In this document: one piece after another, positions 43,949 to 53,900 of the stretch | Layout of the letters: each line of letters starts with the position of its first letter | Position numbering within the stretch: the first letter of the stretch is position 1 | From: Ignavibacteriota bacterium | GTDB taxonomy: Bacteria; Bacteroidota; Ignavibacteria; UBA10030; CAVZMI01 | Direction of reading: 5' to 3' | Assembly (NCBI GenBank): GCA_963776275.1 | Contig: CAVZMI010000005.1 | Location: 32,001-96,000 of the forward strand | DNA length: 64,000 nucleotides | Translations under genes and position numbers: made by a program | The notes under the pieces: generated by a model | Databases searched by the model: none | Told to the model about the DNA's origin: nothing | Seen by the model: only the letters and a program-made list of their open reading frames with translations

Positions 43949-45568
43949 TTACTTATTCACTCCACCTTTATCATGAAGAGGCTCCAACTTTCGCAGCCTC
44001 TCCGTTGTTTTCATCATCATCCTGTTATTACTCTCAAAATCTATTCCAAGGTTTTCCTGTACGCCGTATTCTTTCGGATGGATATATTTCCCCCGCTCAT
44101 TTCCTGTTTTCTCGACTTCGACCTGGATTCGATGCGCTTCAGCGAATGGATCGTGGCGAATACCGGTCACCTGCCAGGAAACCTCCAGGCCTGATGTCCC
44201 ACCGGTAATCTTGAACCGATTATTCTGAACTTTTTCAGCGACATACACCTGTGCAAAGCCGCCAATGCAGGTGAGCTGATAACGGAAGTCCTGATTCAGA
44301 GTTTCAAAATATGCGGGCAGTTCCACCCAAGCTTCTCCTCTCGAGTCAAGCACTACATTGCCGTTGTATATGTTCATCATGTCAGGTGACTCTACGAATG
44401 AGTGGTATAGGTATTTGTTTGCAGGATCAAGAGGGTGATCGATCTTGAAGGAGCCGCTCGCTTTAGAGAGTGTGCCGGTGATATTGACATTGCCATCAAA
44501 ATATCCCGCATAGCTACTGCTGCTCTCACCATAAACGCCATAGCCGTTAATGCTCCAACCAACCACTCCATTAAAATCATGGCTTACACCAATCACACCA
44601 GGTCCTGAACTCTCACCATATACACCTATAGTTCCGACTATATGGTTGTTGATGTCTGCACCGCTCTTACCAAATAAACCAACATTGTGTCCCTCACCAA
44701 ATACACCATACGTTGTAGCCTCACCACGTACACCGATATAAGGGCTTTCACCACGTACACCAACACCATATTCGTTGTCGGTGTGACCATAAACACCACT
44801 CTTACCGGCGGAAGTGTAGTCATTACCCGTCCAACCTACGATGCCATTATCATTATCACTACGTCCTGTAACTCCTCTGCCGTTAGTGCTCGATCCATAT
44901 ACACCACTTTTACCACTGGCGCCGGTCCATCCTGTGACGCCATCGTTTGCGGTTCCCCTTCCGACGATTCCAACCCCATTTGTGCTTTGTCCTTCTATTC
45001 CAGCTCCATCGCCTAAATTTGATCCAAGTAACATGGGATTCGTACTTGTACCTATTGAAGTATCAGGCACATTTTTTTTTAAGTAATCACCTGTCGCACT
45101 GCCACCGGGTATAACGCTTGCCGGGAACTTACCGCTGTTATCAAGCGGCAATAATGTATTGGGTTGAGGTGTAGCATTTACAGAGATTCCCAATAGCTTA
45201 TCGGCCTCCTCGGCGCGGATGGCATAGGCAGCGCTTGTGAGCGTCATGCGCGGCTGCAACTCGGCATCGCTCCCTACCTGTATGCCTAAGGAGTAAGGTT
45301 TGTTAAAAGGAATGCTGAATGGAGTCACTGTCCCCAGCAGAACCTGAAACAGACCGCCGCTTATGGCTACCTGATTATGTACCTCAGTCCATATTACATT
45401 GCTAGATTCGTCATATAGCTTGAAAGTGATATTATAGTTTCCATCAGGTACCGGCTGTCCGTTCAAGCCCATAAGTTTACCTTGATAATTGATGATTCTC
45501 GGGATTTGTGACATGACAACCGTTGAGAAACAGGCAATGATTATCAGAAAAAAGATTGAACGTTTCAT
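43949..45568 (-). CDS. Secreted glycine-rich fibre-like protein
   Basis: Signal peptide then QIPRIINYQGKL; many GV.G.S repeats; C-terminal FKIDHPLDPANKYLYHSFVESP domain; no T9SS CTD. Confidence 0.75.
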   Translation of the reverse strand: MKRSIFFLIIIACFSTVVMSQIPRIINYQGKLMGLNGQPVPDGNYNITFKLYDESSNVIWTEVHNQVAISGGLFQVLLGTVTPFSIPFNKPYSLGIQVGSDAELQPRMTLTSAAYAIRAEEADKLLGISVNATPQPNTLLPLDNSGKFPASVIPGGSATGDYLKKNVPDTSIGTSTNPMLLGSNLGDGAGIEGQSTNGVGIVGRGTANDGVTGWTGASGKSGVYGSSTNGRGVTGRSDNDNGIVGWTGNDYTSAGKSGVYGHTDNEYGVGVRGESPYIGVRGEATTYGVFGEGHNVGLFGKSGADINNHIVGTIGVYGESSGPGVIGVSHDFNGVVGWSINGYGVYGESSSSYAGYFDGNVNITGTLSKASGSFKIDHPLDPANKYLYHSFVESPDMMNIYNGNVVLDSRGEAWVELPAYFETLNQDFRYQLTCIGGFAQVYVAEKVQNNRFKITGGTSGLEVSWQVTGIRHDPFAEAHRIQVEVEKTGNERGKYIHPKEYGVQENLGIDFESNNRMMMKTTERLRKLEPLHDKGGVNK

Positions 45569-45613
45569 AAAAACCTCCTATGAAAAATCATTAAGTTATT
45601 TTTTATTTTCATC

Positions 45614-46240
45614 TTATTTGATCAATAACATTTTTTTTGTTTGCTGAAATAGAATATTCTTCCCCTCTACCGATGAGATAATAAGTTGATAGAAGTAAAC
45701 ACCTGAGCTTACAATCTTATTGTTCTCGTCCCTACCGTCCCAGTGTACCTGCCCATAACCCGGGTTCTGAATTTTTGAATTCAGCGTACGAATCCGCTGC
45801 CCCATGATATTAAAAATATCAATCTTTACCAGACATCGGGCAGGCAGATCATATTCGACGGTCGTCTCCGGATTAAAGGGATTCGGATAATTCTGATGCA
45901 GTTTAAATTCCTTTGGAAGTATGTCTGAAGGCGATTGATCGATTGCCACCGGTGTTTCGTTTTCCAGGGACCGCCAAAATCCTATCAACAAAATATAGTT
46001 GGTTCCCTGTATTCTACCTGCACAAGATTCACCGACAGCGGCGTTATGCCGATAATTTGTACTTGTATCACCGATAATTCCTCCTGAACCGATTACATAG
46101 TCAGAGAGGATGTAGTCGACTTCTACTTTTTTAAGACTCGAATCTGCTGGAGTATCGGCAAATCCAATATTAGCAAACACGCATAGCAAACGAAGGTATG
46201 TCAGCAAACAAGGTTTAAGAATATTCTTCATCTTTTTCAT
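45614..46240 (-). CDS. Small secreted protein with T9SS/FlgD-like C-terminal domain
   Basis: Short Gly-rich domain (VIGSGG...STNY....VGE...GTNY.L..GFW) followed by LHQNYPNPFNP...WDGRD...SSGVYFY...KKMLLIK. Confidence 0.8.
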   Translation of the reverse strand: MKKMKNILKPCLLTYLRLLCVFANIGFADTPADSSLKKVEVDYILSDYVIGSGGIIGDTSTNYRHNAAVGESCAGRIQGTNYILLIGFWRSLENETPVAIDQSPSDILPKEFKLHQNYPNPFNPETTVEYDLPARCLVKIDIFNIMGQRIRTLNSKIQNPGYGQVHWDGRDENNKIVSSGVYFYQLIISSVEGKNILFQQTKKMLLIK

Positions 46241-46280
46241 CTCCTTTTTTTCAAATTGTGCAAGGCGACAGATATTTGAA

Positions 46281-47596
46281 CTATTTGATTAGCATGAGTT
46301 TTTTCGTTTCGATATACTTTGAGGATTGTCCGAAGGCTCCTACGGACAACCGATAAAAATACACGCCGCTCGACAGAGTGCCGGATGTCGAATTCCGGAT
46401 GTCAAACGTGATGCTGTGGGTTCCTGCTTCTTTCCAGTCGTTCACTAACGCTGCAACTTCTTCTCCAAGCATATTGAAAACCTTCAACGTAATGAAACCC
46501 GGCTGAGGAAGCGAAAATTTAATCGTGGTCGAAGGATTGAATGGATTAGGATAATTCTGAGAAAGTGAATAGTTAATTGGTAATTCATTCATTCCGTTCT
46601 TTTTATTTACATTTGTAAGATCTGATGCTGGATCATATTCTTCCACAGTTGAAAGAATCTGAAGCGTGGTTTTATGGATTGCGCTTCCGATAACATAGAT
46701 CTTTCCTTCCACCATACCGGATGAAATGCCGCCTCTCGCTCCGGGCATAGGAGTTTTTGTAATCCAGGTGTCCGTGATCGGATTATACTCCTCCACCGAG
46801 GTAAGTTCATGATACTGTCCGGGTCCTGTACTTGTCGATCCACCGATTGCATATATTTTTCCTCCCACTACTTCAGAGCAATGGGCCCACCTCGCTTCTA
46901 ACATTTGGGCTTTGTTGGTTGCATGTATCTGTAGTCGGATCATATGCTTCTACTGTGGAAAGTCCCGGCCAGGGATAGCCTACCGTTCCCCCAATGGCAT
47001 AAATCTTTCCATCGACAACGCTCGTGGATAAACCAGCCCTTGGTGTTGGCATATGAGCTTTAGTCATCCATGTATCTGTGGTCGGATCATAAACTTCCAG
47101 TGTATTGTACATTCCACTTATCCCGGAAGATGACCCACCGATTACATATATTTTGCCATTTACCACACTGGCGGATGAATACCCTCGAGCTGTTGGCATG
47201 GGGGACTTTGTTGTCCATAAACCAGTTTTTAAATTGTACACATATACACTCGTAAGCGCTGTTCCAAATATATCTGTGGCACTACCAATAACATATATCT
47301 CACTGTCGATATAACATATAGCGTTACCGTATATCGCCCGTGGCAATTTGGATTTCGTAGTCGCGCTATCAGTAGAAGGCGTATACTCTTCTACAGTCGA
47401 TGAAGTCGCAGGTGAAAGACCTCCAATAGCATAGATTTTTCCATCAATTGAACAGCTGGATAAAAACATTGTTGCAGTTGGCATGCTTGCTTTAGAAACC
47501 CATCCCCCCCCCGGCCAGACACAGAGAAAATGGAATAAAAAGAGCAAGCATCAGGATTGGGATCCTACTACACTTTGAAAGGTTGTTGGATGTCGT
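46281..47596 (-). pseudogene. Kelch-repeat protein with T9SS-type CTD, carrying three lesions
   Basis: Repeated 'GKIYAIGG...VE.YDP.TDTW..K..MP' units across ORFs 46873-47547 and 46281-46943. ACG where ATG is expected after AAGGAGG (47596), G9 tract at 47504-47512, extra base at ~46921. Confidence 0.75.
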
Positions 47597-47677
47597 TTGT
47601 TCCTCCTTTTTATTTTGTTGTCCGATACATACAGCATGACACGATGATTAATACGTACGATGATTTATTCATCTTTA

Positions 47678-47694
47678 TACAAAAGAAATGCCAA
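47678..47694 (-). promoter_or_regulatory. Candidate sigma54 (-24/-12) promoter
   Basis: Minus strand TTGGCA-TTTCTT-TTGTA (GG-N10-GT; consensus GG-N10-GC), between a sigma54 activator gene and the kelch gene. Confidence 0.55.
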
Positions 47695-47920
47695 TGCACC
47701 AGTGGGGGGTATAGGTATTCTAATCAGTTGATATTATTCAGATTATAAGGATTCTTTTATGGCGAGGAGTGTGAAGCGGCTAAGGATGAATCGACAAATA
47801 TGGCGACTCAGGAGGCTACAGGAGTTTTCCTTCGACAATTATGACGGGAAGCAGCGATAAAAAAAATACATAGCGGGAAAACAAACAGACAAACTATCGA
47901 ATGGAGGACCTTACCTCATC

Positions 47921-49435
47921 TTAGGACTGGTGATCAGGAGGTTTATCAAGCTTCAACTTTTCAATTTTATATCTCATGGCATGCTCGGAAATATTTAGTA
48001 TCCTTGCAGCTTTGGACTGGTTCCAGTCACAATCATTCAATACTTTTTGAATGACCTGCTTTTCGTAATCCGACAACATTTTTTTCAGAGGGCCTTTGGA
48101 GATGGTCTTCTCCTCCGAGGCCTTAATTTTTTCACTTTCCTTCCGGAATTCTTCCGGTAACAGATTACGATCCAATACTTTGGCATCCGGAGGTGCCAGT
48201 GTGACAAGACGTTCTATAAAATTTTCAAGCTCCCGTATATTACCGGGCCAATCCCGAAGTTTTAGGAATTCCAGTAACTCTCCATGAAATATTTCAGCGG
48301 CTTTGTGCTGCTTCTGAGAAAAATTCTTGAGAAAATAATTGGCCAGAACGGGGATGTCTTCCCTGCGATCAGCCAGCGACGGCACAGGAATAGGGTAGAC
48401 GTAGAGCCTGTAAAAAAGATCCTCTCTGAATTGTCCGGCCGATACCAGTTGGCGTAACGAGGAACTTGAAGCAGCGATAATCCGGACATCCACCTTGCGT
48501 GACTCATTACTCCCCAGCGGGCGAATCTCACCTTCCTGAAGCATACGCAACAGTTTTACCTGTAATTCCATAGGTAAATTTGTGATTTCATCCATGAATA
48601 GCGTTCCACCATCGGCCTCTTCCAAAAGTCCCTTTCGTGCTATTGCAGCACCGGTAAAAGCGCCTTTAATGTGTCCAAATAACTCGCTTTCGATCAGATT
48701 CGCCGGTATGGCGCCGCAATCGATGGCAACGAATTTTTTCTGCATTCTGGAACTGCATTGATGGATGGCTTTTGCAATCAACTCTTTGCCGGTACCGCTT
48801 CCACCTTCCAGTAAAACGCGGACATCACATTTTGCAGAAGCTTCGATAGTGTTCAATAATTGAATGAATGCCCGGCTCTTGCCAAGTAATCCATGAGATT
48901 CATATTTTTTTATAAGTGTTGCTTCAGGAATTATTACCGCAAAATATTCCTGTATTTTATGGATATTTCGTAAGAAGGGTGATACTACAGTAGCGAATTT
49001 TTTTAGGTACTCAAAATCGTTTTTTGAGAATTCCTTTCCATTCATTTTATTCAGCAACAACAAACTTCCTGTTATTATCCCTTCTGCCATCAGGGGAACA
49101 CACATCACGGATTTTACAGGCAGGTCTTTCAGGATATCTCTGTTGAATCGTGTATCGTTTTGGATGTCCACAGCCAGAAAAGCCTGCCGGTTATCAAAAA
49201 CCCACCCGCTCAGATATGTGTGCATAAATTGATATTGTTTGTTCTCTGACCCGCGCTCCTCGCGATAGATCGTTTTTACCGTTTCCCGTGTCGATGGATT
49301 GACCATCATTATCAAGGCTGTTTCCGATTCCATCAGACTGGCTGACTTCTGAGTAGTGAGGCGCAGGACCTCCTGGAAATCGTTTTGTTTTTCAAGGATG
49401 GATGCAAGTTCAATGAGCGATTCGAAGTCATTCAT
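47921..49435 (-). CDS. Sigma54-dependent transcriptional activator (GAF-AAA+-Fis HTH)
   Basis: GGSGTGKE, ESELFGHIKGAFTGA, GTLFMDEI, FREDLFYRL, WPGNIREL and NQSKAARILNIS motifs; N-terminal GAF domain. Confidence 0.95.
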   Translation of the reverse strand: MNDFESLIELASILEKQNDFQEVLRLTTQKSASLMESETALIMMVNPSTRETVKTIYREERGSENKQYQFMHTYLSGWVFDNRQAFLAVDIQNDTRFNRDILKDLPVKSVMCVPLMAEGIITGSLLLLNKMNGKEFSKNDFEYLKKFATVVSPFLRNIHKIQEYFAVIIPEATLIKKYESHGLLGKSRAFIQLLNTIEASAKCDVRVLLEGGSGTGKELIAKAIHQCSSRMQKKFVAIDCGAIPANLIESELFGHIKGAFTGAAIARKGLLEEADGGTLFMDEITNLPMELQVKLLRMLQEGEIRPLGSNESRKVDVRIIAASSSSLRQLVSAGQFREDLFYRLYVYPIPVPSLADRREDIPVLANYFLKNFSQKQHKAAEIFHGELLEFLKLRDWPGNIRELENFIERLVTLAPPDAKVLDRNLLPEEFRKESEKIKASEEKTISKGPLKKMLSDYEKQVIQKVLNDCDWNQSKAARILNISEHAMRYKIEKLKLDKPPDHQS

Positions 49436-49516
49436 ACAAATGTTCCTTTTCAATTTCGTGAAATCAGATCCATTTTAACGATGAAATACAATGAAGATCT
49501 GAGATCATGGGGATCG

Positions 49517-52474
49517 TCATGGTATAGGTCCTAAATATTTATCCAACCAACCGAGGGTTTCTTTAATCAGTTCATCTCTGGGGACGAAATGCCATGAATT
49601 AGAAACATAATGCTTTTTATGCTCCTTCGGTGTCCGCAGAAATTCATAAAACGGAATTTGCGCCATTTTATAGGGATAAATGTCATCATTTCGGCCGTCA
49701 AGCATCAGTACTGGTGTTGTGACTCTCGAGGGGAAATTCAATGGCTCTATTTCTGGTAAAAGGGGTTTATTGTATATCCAAAATCCGCCGATATATAATA
49801 TACCTGCTTTAAAACGTTTTTCGATAGCAAGCATGATCCCGCCTTGTTCTGCTCCCCAGCTTAAACCATAATAAGCCAGCTTCGAAGTATCTATATCCGG
49901 TCGCGTTACTATATAATCGATAGACCTGCGCAGATCTTTGGCAAACATTATTGTGAAATCTCTTTGAAGATATCCTCCATCCCACATTTTGTATGGCGGA
50001 GTATAACTTCGTTCAAAAGTCCCCTGATATACAGGATGCAATACCGCACGTCCACTTTTTAAAATGTAATCGAAGCAGCGCGTGTGATAAGGCTTCAAAA
50101 TGCCATCCGGATGCATACCCATTACACTGCTTCCAGGAAAGTGAACCACGGTCTGATAGGGGGGGTTCCCTTTCGTGGGTAAGAACAGATAAGCACTGAC
50201 TCGTTCATTGCCGTAGGCTGCATCGTATGTAATTTTTTCAACCGTCCAATCCTTTTCATGCGTATCTATTTTTTCCACAACTGCATGAAGCGGAGTTTTG
50301 GGATAGTCGTACATGCGGAGAATGACATTGAATTCCTTGTCGGATACAGGTTTTTCGTTGTACACATTGCGAAGATAGGATTTTACGGGTCTGTTCAGAG
50401 CGACTGTACTTGAATCCGTCGTAATATATTTCATACATCGAAAACCATTAACAACCGACCGGTCAAAAGGAGATAGAGCCACTTGATTTGAATTGAATTC
50501 ATATATCTGATCAGTGCAAGCGCCACCTCGAATAAAATGCTTTTCTCCTGGGATTTTTTGATTCCAGCACCACTCTCGAGCATTCCCCGCCATGTCATAG
50601 GTTCCATATGGGCCTAATCCTTGATACTTTCCTACTGCTGCCGGACCCGATTCATTAAAATTGCTGAGGGGAATAATCTCGGGCGCGGCATCGAGGCCTG
50701 CTGCACGTTCCCAGTTGTAAATTGACGGCAGACTCTTTCCCGCAAATTCTGCATAGGCAGCGGCTTCAAACCAGCTGACGCCAGTTACCGGATAATCTTC
50801 CTGCCCGGTTGGGTAATCTCCTGCCTCCCATGTCGCCGGCTCGACTCTGCCTGTTTTATCTTTAAATAATGCCGTAGCTCTTTCCCAGGGAATGATTCGG
50901 CCGTCTTTGAGAAAAGGATTTTTCCAGTATTCTTTTCTTTGATATCCCCCGCTGTCGGCAAATACCTTATATTCTCTATTAGTGACCTCATAGGTATCGA
51001 TGAAGAAATCATTGAAATGTTCTTCTTTGACTTCATTAGTCGTATTACTCAACATTTTCACTGGGAATACACGAACCATGTTGTTCGGGATGTCCTTCTC
51101 TCTATCAAGTGCGAGTCCGTCAATAATAAGATGGTAGCTTAATTGACGCAGATGGATGTTAGGGTGCATGGAAGGTGCGAGGTATCGTGTCTGAAATCCA
51201 TCCTTCACAATCATGAAGCGTTTTAATCCCATGGGCAATCGGACACTATCAAGCGGAGTTCGACCCATGTGAATCCAGGGCGCATCGACTGCGGCATATT
51301 CTTTCCAGAAAACCTCTGCTCCTTCTGGATGGGTGTGAATGGTAATATACATTGAGAAACGGTCCCACAATTTTGCCAATGCTGAATCAGTAGGGATTAC
51401 TTTTTCCGCCTGCACTGCAAGCGTATATGATTCGTGTAATTTATCTTCGTCTGCAAGACGCACGATTTCCGGAAGTGCGATATTCCTTGCCCAATGAATT
51501 TGTTGATATTGATAGATTAACCATGTCACGAGGAATAAAACTACCACAATTATGATTAACACCGGAATAAATATTTTTGGCTTTCGATAGAGGATCTTCA
51601 ACTGATTGATATATGCATGAGATCCCGATTCGGCATCTTGTTCATTTTGTATCGCCCTCAAATCTTCAAGCATCTTATGGATGGACTGATAACGTTTGTC
51701 AACTTTCTTATTCAAGGCTTTTAGGATGATATTTTCCAGGCCTTGTGGAATAGTACTTCGTATTTTCTTTGGAGGTACAGGATCTTTATCTAAAATACAA
51801 TAAATCACCGCTTGTTCATACTCAGCCTTGAAAGGGACGGCCCCGGTAATCATTTCATATAAGACAACGCCTAAAGACCAGATATCAGTCCGGTGATCGA
51901 CCTTCCCACCTCTGGCCTGTTCCGGTGACATATAGAGAGTTGTACCGAATGTGGTACTTGTTTTGGTCATTGTCGCCTGACCGGCCAGTTTGACAAGGCC
52001 GAAATCCAGTATTTTTACCACACCATCATTCGTCAGCATGATGTTGGCCGGCTTGATGTCACGGTGAATGATCCCTTTTTCGTGCGCCTTCGCCAGTCCC
52101 TGTGCTATCTGAATTCCGATATGAAAAACTTCGGAAACAGGCATCGGCAGTTCATTCTTCGCGTGAAGCCGCGATAATCTCTCCTTCAGCGTTTCCCCTT
52201 CATAATAATCCATGCAGAAAAACATTTCACCGTCATTGGTCTCGCCGATTTCATGAATGGTACAGATGTTATGATGTTGAAGGGAGGAAGCGGCCCGTGC
52301 TTCACGGAATAGGCGTTCTTTGGCTTCTGCGTCGAGTGTCAATTCGGGAGGGAGGAGTTTCAGGGCCACAGTCCGTCGAAGTATGGTATCCTCGGCTTTA
52401 TAGACCACACCCATTCCTCCATGGCCGAGCTTTTTGAGGATTTTATAGTGGGATATTGTTTGGCCTATCATCAA
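49517..52474 (-). CDS. Membrane Ser/Thr protein kinase fused to FGE-sulfatase-like and alpha/beta-hydrolase domains
   Basis: Kinase motifs LGHGGMGVVY, HRDIKPAN, DFG and YMSPEQ; one TM; FGE-like EVTN..Y, YDMAGNAREW and GFRC; hydrolase GLSWG, D and H triad candidates. Confidence 0.9.
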   Translation of the reverse strand: MMIGQTISHYKILKKLGHGGMGVVYKAEDTILRRTVALKLLPPELTLDAEAKERLFREARAASSLQHHNICTIHEIGETNDGEMFFCMDYYEGETLKERLSRLHAKNELPMPVSEVFHIGIQIAQGLAKAHEKGIIHRDIKPANIMLTNDGVVKILDFGLVKLAGQATMTKTSTTFGTTLYMSPEQARGGKVDHRTDIWSLGVVLYEMITGAVPFKAEYEQAVIYCILDKDPVPPKKIRSTIPQGLENIILKALNKKVDKRYQSIHKMLEDLRAIQNEQDAESGSHAYINQLKILYRKPKIFIPVLIIIVVVLFLVTWLIYQYQQIHWARNIALPEIVRLADEDKLHESYTLAVQAEKVIPTDSALAKLWDRFSMYITIHTHPEGAEVFWKEYAAVDAPWIHMGRTPLDSVRLPMGLKRFMIVKDGFQTRYLAPSMHPNIHLRQLSYHLIIDGLALDREKDIPNNMVRVFPVKMLSNTTNEVKEEHFNDFFIDTYEVTNREYKVFADSGGYQRKEYWKNPFLKDGRIIPWERATALFKDKTGRVEPATWEAGDYPTGQEDYPVTGVSWFEAAAYAEFAGKSLPSIYNWERAAGLDAAPEIIPLSNFNESGPAAVGKYQGLGPYGTYDMAGNAREWCWNQKIPGEKHFIRGGACTDQIYEFNSNQVALSPFDRSVVNGFRCMKYITTDSSTVALNRPVKSYLRNVYNEKPVSDKEFNVILRMYDYPKTPLHAVVEKIDTHEKDWTVEKITYDAAYGNERVSAYLFLPTKGNPPYQTVVHFPGSSVMGMHPDGILKPYHTRCFDYILKSGRAVLHPVYQGTFERSYTPPYKMWDGGYLQRDFTIMFAKDLRRSIDYIVTRPDIDTSKLAYYGLSWGAEQGGIMLAIEKRFKAGILYIGGFWIYNKPLLPEIEPLNFPSRVTTPVLMLDGRNDDIYPYKMAQIPFYEFLRTPKEHKKHYVSNSWHFVPRDELIKETLGWLDKYLGPIP

Positions 52475-52692
52475 CCGGCTCCATCCAACATAGACGTCAT
52501 AAAATTATTCTCTACAATCGGCCGGGAGATGAGTAGAAGCAAAGTAAGAGAAGAAACTAACTACTGTTTCGCCGATTGTATATTAATATGTTGAAGGATA
52601 TGATGAAAAGAATATGATAAAGATAATGGTAAGAAACAAGAATTTCTTAAAACAATTAATGACTGCTAAGAAAAATATTTTCGATCGATATA

Positions 52693-53886
52693 CTAACTCT
52701 TCAGGAAGAACTCCATCAGCTCATAGCCGTTGTTGAAGATAATTCCCGTTCGGGCGGCATTTGTCTCGCCGAAGGGGAGATGTTCATTACCGGTGATTCC
52801 TTCTCCCGCCATGGCAAATGGTACCGGTTCACCGGAGTGCCCCCGGGATAGTACCGAGGTCGGATGGTCCGGCATCACAAGTATTCGCCAGCCTTTATAA
52901 TTCTTGAGTTCCTCCATAACCGGTCCGACGATGTGCTTGTCGATTTCTTCCACAGCTTTTTTCTTTATAGCCGCATCGCCGGCGTGCCCCGCTTCATCCG
53001 GCGCTTCCACGTGTACGAGGACGATATCATATTTCCCGAGCGCCTCTATTGCCGCAAGCCCCTTGGCCCTGTAATTTGTGTCGAAATATCCTGTCGCACC
53101 TTCTACCTTTATCCATTCAAAGCCTATCAGCTTCGCCAGTCCTTTGACAAGGTCAACCGCTGTTATTGCCGCTCCCTTCAATCCATATTTCTTTTCGAAT
53201 GGTTCCATTCTGGATTTTTTGCCCTGGCCCCAGAGCCAGATCGAGCTTACTTCATTCTTTCCAAGATCCCTGCGTGTTCGGTTGATTTCGTGATTCTTGA
53301 AAAGTTCTCGACTTTTAATTATGAGAGTGATAGGAAATTCTGAATTCTTCCCCTGCGGCAGTATGCTAATAATTTTCTTACCGATCATATCATGCGGTGG
53401 CTGCGTGTGGAGTTTCGTATAATCATGACCTTTTTCTATCATCAGATGCCGATATCCGACTCCCGGGTAGAATTTTATCTGTTCACTGCCGAATGCTTTA
53501 TTGAGCTCCTCGATGAATATCTTGCCATCTTCGCTTGAGATATGTCCCGCACTGTGGTCGGCCATCTTCTCATCGGTAATCGTTACCAGATTGCAGCGGA
53601 ATATCCAGTCGTCTTCCGTGACGTTGATACCCTGTGCGACAGCCTCTATCGGCGCCCTGCCGCTGTAATATTTCACCGGATCGTAGCCGAGCACAGCCAT
53701 CATTGCCACATCGCTGCCAGCCTGAAGGGAAGGGGGGACTGTGTGGCACAAACCCTGTCTGCCATTAATGGCAATTGCATCCATGTTCGGTTTCTCTGCG
53801 GCTTCAAGCACCGTTTTTCCATCGAACACCGGCAGCGGTTTATCGGCGGCTCCATCAGGTACGACGATGACATATTTCCTGCTCAA
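52693..53886 (-). CDS. apgM: Cofactor-independent phosphoglycerate mutase family protein (ApgM-like; subfamily proposed as homoserine kinase substitute)
   Basis: AAGGAG RBS then TTG start; PDGAAD, GSDVA, GRAPIEA, HVEAPDEAGH and PDHPT motifs. Confidence 0.85.
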   Translation of the reverse strand: MSRKYVIVVPDGAADKPLPVFDGKTVLEAAEKPNMDAIAINGRQGLCHTVPPSLQAGSDVAMMAVLGYDPVKYYSGRAPIEAVAQGINVTEDDWIFRCNLVTITDEKMADHSAGHISSEDGKIFIEELNKAFGSEQIKFYPGVGYRHLMIEKGHDYTKLHTQPPHDMIGKKIISILPQGKNSEFPITLIIKSRELFKNHEINRTRRDLGKNEVSSIWLWGQGKKSRMEPFEKKYGLKGAAITAVDLVKGLAKLIGFEWIKVEGATGYFDTNYRAKGLAAIEALGKYDIVLVHVEAPDEAGHAGDAAIKKKAVEEIDKHIVGPVMEELKNYKGWRILVMPDHPTSVLSRGHSGEPVPFAMAGEGITGNEHLPFGETNAARTGIIFNNGYELMEFFLKS

Positions 53887-53900
53887 TGAATATACTCCTT

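Noticed and set aside
43949-45568. Prophage remnant suggested by the fibre-like protein
   Set aside because: The protein has a Sec signal peptide and there are no phage structural, integrase or lysis genes nearby.
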